NCBI RefSeq assembly: GCF_009914755.1
Contig: NC_060926.1
Direction: 5' to 3' (one strand)
Source of the DNA: the human T2T-CHM13v2.0 reference genome, Homo sapiens
DNA: 64,000 bases
A model generated the notes under the pieces. The model did not search any database and was not told the DNA's origin. It worked only from the letters and a program-made list of their open reading frames with translations. Of the stretch, positions 59,837 through 64,000 are shown in pieces. Numbering within the stretch: the stretch's first letter is position 1; every line of letters begins with the position of its first letter. The position numbers and the translations under genes were made by a program.

Positions 59837-60774
59837 CTGGAGTTGAGGAGTGGTGCCACATAAATGGAGAGAGTTCTTCTATAAACGGAGATAGTTCCTC
59901 CATTTACGTGGCAACTTCTCATCGCCAGCTGTGGGCTGAAGGAAGCTGTTGGAATTCTTTGCATTGGAGGATTTCCTATCATTTTTTTAGGGGACTCATC
60001 ATTCCTCAAAGGCTGGTTTGGGAACTGAGGTGGAGCTGGTGCTGAGTGATTTCTGTTCTGACTTCAGCATGACATATTTTCAAAGCATGCACCCACCATG
60101 GAGAGTGCATTGTTCAAAGCGGTCTCCAAAGAAACAACTCCTGCTTTGCCCAACCTACTCCTTTATCTTCCTATCTAGGTTGGACACCTTACTTTTAGCT
60201 ATTTCCCATTTGTAATCCCCATGCAGACCCACAGCCTTTATAGGTTGACGCTAACTCCTCCACAAGAGGTGCAGCAGTTTTTGCTACCTCCAATGGCCAA
60301 CAATATTCCATATTGAGTTCTTAGCCACGACAAAGCAGAGGACCCTGGTATACAGCAGGAAGATGAGGCAAGCAGGCAGATAACCAGGTGAGAATTTGCA
60401 TCATCAGAGGGCACGGCCTCCACCACTTCCTTACTGGTTCCCTCAGATCTTACATTCGGCGTTCGCAGGGCCTCTGAATTGTAAAACGAGAGGTCACTTC
60501 ACACGTTAATGTCCAGGCAAAGCAGTGTCAGAAAAACCAATACCCAGGAATGATGAGGAAATGGGAAATCATAGAAAATTAACTTTCAATAAAAAGAAAA
60601 GAATTTTCTGCCTGCCTGCTGAACTGAAAGTGACAGGAACCTGCTTCCGGATTTATGCCCAATGGATTTCAAGACATCAGATATTTTTAAGGATAACATC
60701 TTAATCCAGAGGATTCTATATGACAACTTAGACCAAGTGGATATTTATTGGAGGTGTGTGTCCACTGCTGAGGA

Positions 60775-60956
60775 ACATGTTAATTCAAGAAACATTCCCA
60801 AACAATTCAGCAAGGGAGGACATACTGTGTATCAATTCTATACTCATAAACTTTAAAATTTTGATGAGCCAGGTTATTTAAAACATAAATGATAACAACT
60901 GGCTAAGAAATAGTAGAACTTGAATTGTATTGAGTAGTAATGACAGAAAAAATGTT
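60775..60956 (+). repeat. Paralog of 56624-56793
   Basis: cattcccaaacaattcagcaagg, tgtgtatcaattctatact and ttgagtagtaatga-agaaaaaatgtt are shared. Confidence 0.95.
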
Positions 60957-61741
60957 TAAAGTTTGAGAATTATATCCAAAAAATGCCCTGAGCCAAATAA
61001 TTGTAATTTTAAAAATCCGTTCAATCCTTTAAGGAACAGGCAATTCCCATACCATACATAAAATGTCCTGAAAATATACTAAGATAAAAGCTACTTACTT
61101 AATTATATTAAGATAGGATAATATCTGCTACTAAAACCTGAGGACTATAACACATGCACAAAAGAAAATACACAAGCCACATCCCCTAGATTAATGCATT
61201 TAAAAATTTCAATGAAAGAGTGATCTGATATCATTATGGCAGTCCTTTCTGGACCAAAGTGGTGTCTTCCTCAACTCATACCACTGGGCTCCTGGCCCTA
61301 GACCCATGGGGCTACATCAAGAACACAGATGAGCCAGAGTGTCACAGGTTCTTGAAAAATGGGCCATACATCTCAGAATTATCTGAGCCAGCCCAGCCCC
61401 ACCTCCTATTTCTGTTTATATTCTAGAAGCTGCAGACTATGAAAGTTTATCATGATGGTGGAAGAATAAACGGGGAGAGGCATAAGAGGGCAAAAGTGCT
61501 CAGGCTACCTCAGAATCCACACCTATGGGTTACAGAGACTGGGACGGAGAGTGAACACAGGACAAAGAATCTGCTTTTCTATTTTCAGGTTGTGTGTGTA
61601 TAATTAAGTGAAGTCTTTTTTGTTTTTGCTTTGTTTTAAACATGAATTTAGTGGCATTTGCCTTGTAATTTGTAAAACTTCCACCAAGATTCTGGCATTA
61701 GTCTGCCTGTTACTTTGAGTTTTTTTGGTGTTGTGTATTTC

Positions 61742-62035
61742 TTTTTTTTTTTTTTGAGACGGAGTCTTGCTCTGTCACCCAGGCTGGAGTGCTGTGGTGC
61801 AATCTCGGCTCACTGCAAGCTCCACCTCCCAGGTTTATGCCATTCTCCTGCCTCAGACTCCTGAGTAGCTGGGACTACAGGCACCCGCCACAACGCCCAG
61901 CTAATTTTTTGTATTTTTAGTAGAGATGGGGTTTCATCGTGTTAGCCAGGATGGTCTCGATCTCCTGACCTCGTGATCTGCCCGCCTCAGATTCCCAAAG
62001 TGCTCGGATTACAGGCATGAGCCACTGCGCCCGGC
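61742..62035 (-). mobile_element. AluY
   Basis: Diagnostic ctgcaagctcc, gccattctcc, cgtgttagccaggatggtctcgatc. TSD tgttgtgtatttctt. Confidence 0.93.
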
Positions 62036-63519
62036 CGATGTTGTGTATTTCTTTACATTTCCTTATTGCATTATTTATTGCAAAGTTTGAAAGAGCCATA
62101 GAGGAACTGCTGCCCAAATGCCATTTTGAACTGGAAGTCGAGGCCACTGGATTTTTTTTAACCAAATGGGTTCACCCATACTTATCAAAGCCACTGCTTT
62201 TTTAGCATGCAGCCTTGATACCCAGAGGATGCCAAGAGACATGAGGTGGCCAGTCCAGGCTGAAATGCGATTTCCTTCTGGCTTGCCAGTTGCTCTCCCT
62301 AGCCCTGTCAGCAGCCTGACACTTCATGTTCCTTCTTATTTCTGACTTGGCCACATTTTATGAGCTCAGCTGATTGAATTAGTGTTCCCACTCCCTTCCC
62401 AGTTATGTGTTACACATTCTCCAAAGGGTATGGCTAATAACAAGGTTGGAGCTAGAAATGTGTCCTCAAGCAAGAATGTCACGAAGAATCCCTTTGTGTC
62501 AACCACAAAATAAATATGGCTCCAGCCTCTGAAAAGAGAAAAATGTTAAGATTTTCCTTTATTTCCTAGAAAGACCTGAACCCCTGGGGGAAATCAGCCT
62601 AGTTCAAGCAGACACTGCTCATTAGGTAAAAATAATTAGCCCAAGTGCATCTTGTTCTTGTCTGGAAAAGCAAGATTTAGGAGAGATGCCAAAAGCCTTA
62701 ATATCACTCTGGATGTAATCCAGAAGAAAGGGGGAGGCCTCCTTATGTTGAGGACCCTGGTTTCCCAGGCCTTGGGGTGGGATCAGGTGGTAAATACATG
62801 AATGTATTACTTCCCATATTCGCTTTGATCAGGAACAGGGAGCAGAGCCAGTGTGAGTAAAGAAAACAGCAAAGAAAAACTTGCAGCTTGCAGCTTGCAT
62901 CTCTGGTTGTCAGGCTGCTGTGCCTGCTGTGAATGAAAGGGACGTTGCCCTCCTCCCTCAGCCTCCCTGCAGCCTTTCCTTGCTCTGCAGCCCAGGACAT
63001 CACCAGCATATAATCAATAGCAGCCCACAGGCCACACGGGTGGTCCTCCAGGCCCTTGAGCATTTAGTGGCAGTAATCAATGCAGTGTTCCCCCTAATGA
63101 TGAGAGACATCTGCCCTTGATTGCCCTAGGTTACAATGGCTGTGTCATCCTGTCCTGCCACTTGGGCCCCGAGAAACTACTACTTCAAAGATAGTATAAT
63201 ACTGTGCTTGCTGTGTTTACTCTTTAGGTTTACTTTCCCTTAACTCTAGAGTGAATCCTCTTTGCTGTTTGCCATCTTTTCTCAGATGCCTTGGTGTTGA
63301 GACAACACAGAAGGACATGGTAAACTGAAAAACTGGACCACTGTACAGCTGATGTTATCCTGGACAACGTGTAATCTTTCCTACTGCTCCCCATTCCATC
63401 TTAGCCCCTTTTTCACCTCTTTCCACATCTCTTTGTTTCTCTAAAATTCTGGGTGCAATACGTCAGCTAATTGCCTTTGCATCTTATTTGTAAAATGGGA
63501 TTCCAATATTAAAGAGGAA

Positions 63520-63830
63520 ACAGTGTGGTCGAGGGTAAAGTACACACATTTAGGAAACATCAAACGCCAGCTTCAGACCTGGCCCTGCCATCTGGTAACT
63601 GAAGACTTGGTAAAGTTATTGAACCTCTCTGAACCTCTGTTCCCTTATTTGTAAACTTGGAAACAAGTCATTACAATGCCGAGTCATCTTTCAGTGACAA
63701 TGCATGCATGGTGCTTAATATCATTGCTATTATCACCACCAGCTGATTTTTATTATTATTATTATTTTTTTGGTGAAAATTAGATGAGATGTGAAAGTAC
63801 TTTGAATACATTGCTAAATAAGTTGTAAAA
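63520..63830 (+). mobile_element. MIR SINE
   Basis: ggccctgccat...aagttattgaacctctctgaacctctgttcc. Confidence 0.7.
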
Positions 63831-63845
63831 TATTTGCCTACTTTT

Positions 63846-64000
63846 GGCCAGGTGTGGAGGCTCATGCCTGTAATCTCAGCACTTTGGGAGGCCGAGGCAG
63901 GCAGAGGACTTGAGGTCAGGAGTTCAAGACCAGCCTGGCCAACATGGTGAAACCCCATCTCTACAAAAAATACAAAAGTTAGGTGGGTGTGGTGCTGCGC
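63846..64000 (+). mobile_element. Alu left arm, cut by the window end
   Basis: ggccaggtgtgg...gcctgtaatctcagcactttgggaggccgagg. Confidence 0.92.

Overview
Primate, almost certainly human-like, non-coding genomic DNA. It carries AluJ/S/Y, MER41, LTR8, MST/MLT LTRs, Tigger1, L1M/HAL1, L2, L3 and MIR fossils, is CpG-depleted and has no CpG island. I find no credible protein-coding gene, RNA gene or CRISPR array. The listed ORFs are transposon remnants (L1 ORF1/ORF2, Tigger1 transposase, Alu) or chance ORFs. Repeat names come from recalled consensus sequences, so subfamily calls and boundaries are approximate. The non-routine signal is a set of local copy and repair scars: four dispersed direct duplications 0.7-4.2 kb apart, several tandem duplications (17-82 bp), template-switch-like palindromes, and two L1s that keep both ends but lack internal sequence. 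The most functional-looking spot is 17.6-18.5 kb. It has a duplicated AG...GTGAGT exon-like cassette (90 nt open versus 60 nt with TAA-TAA-TAA in the same frame), a microexon or recursive-splice-like motif between the copies, and an NRF2/NF-E2 motif in one copy only. I cannot support a new biological system from sequence alone.
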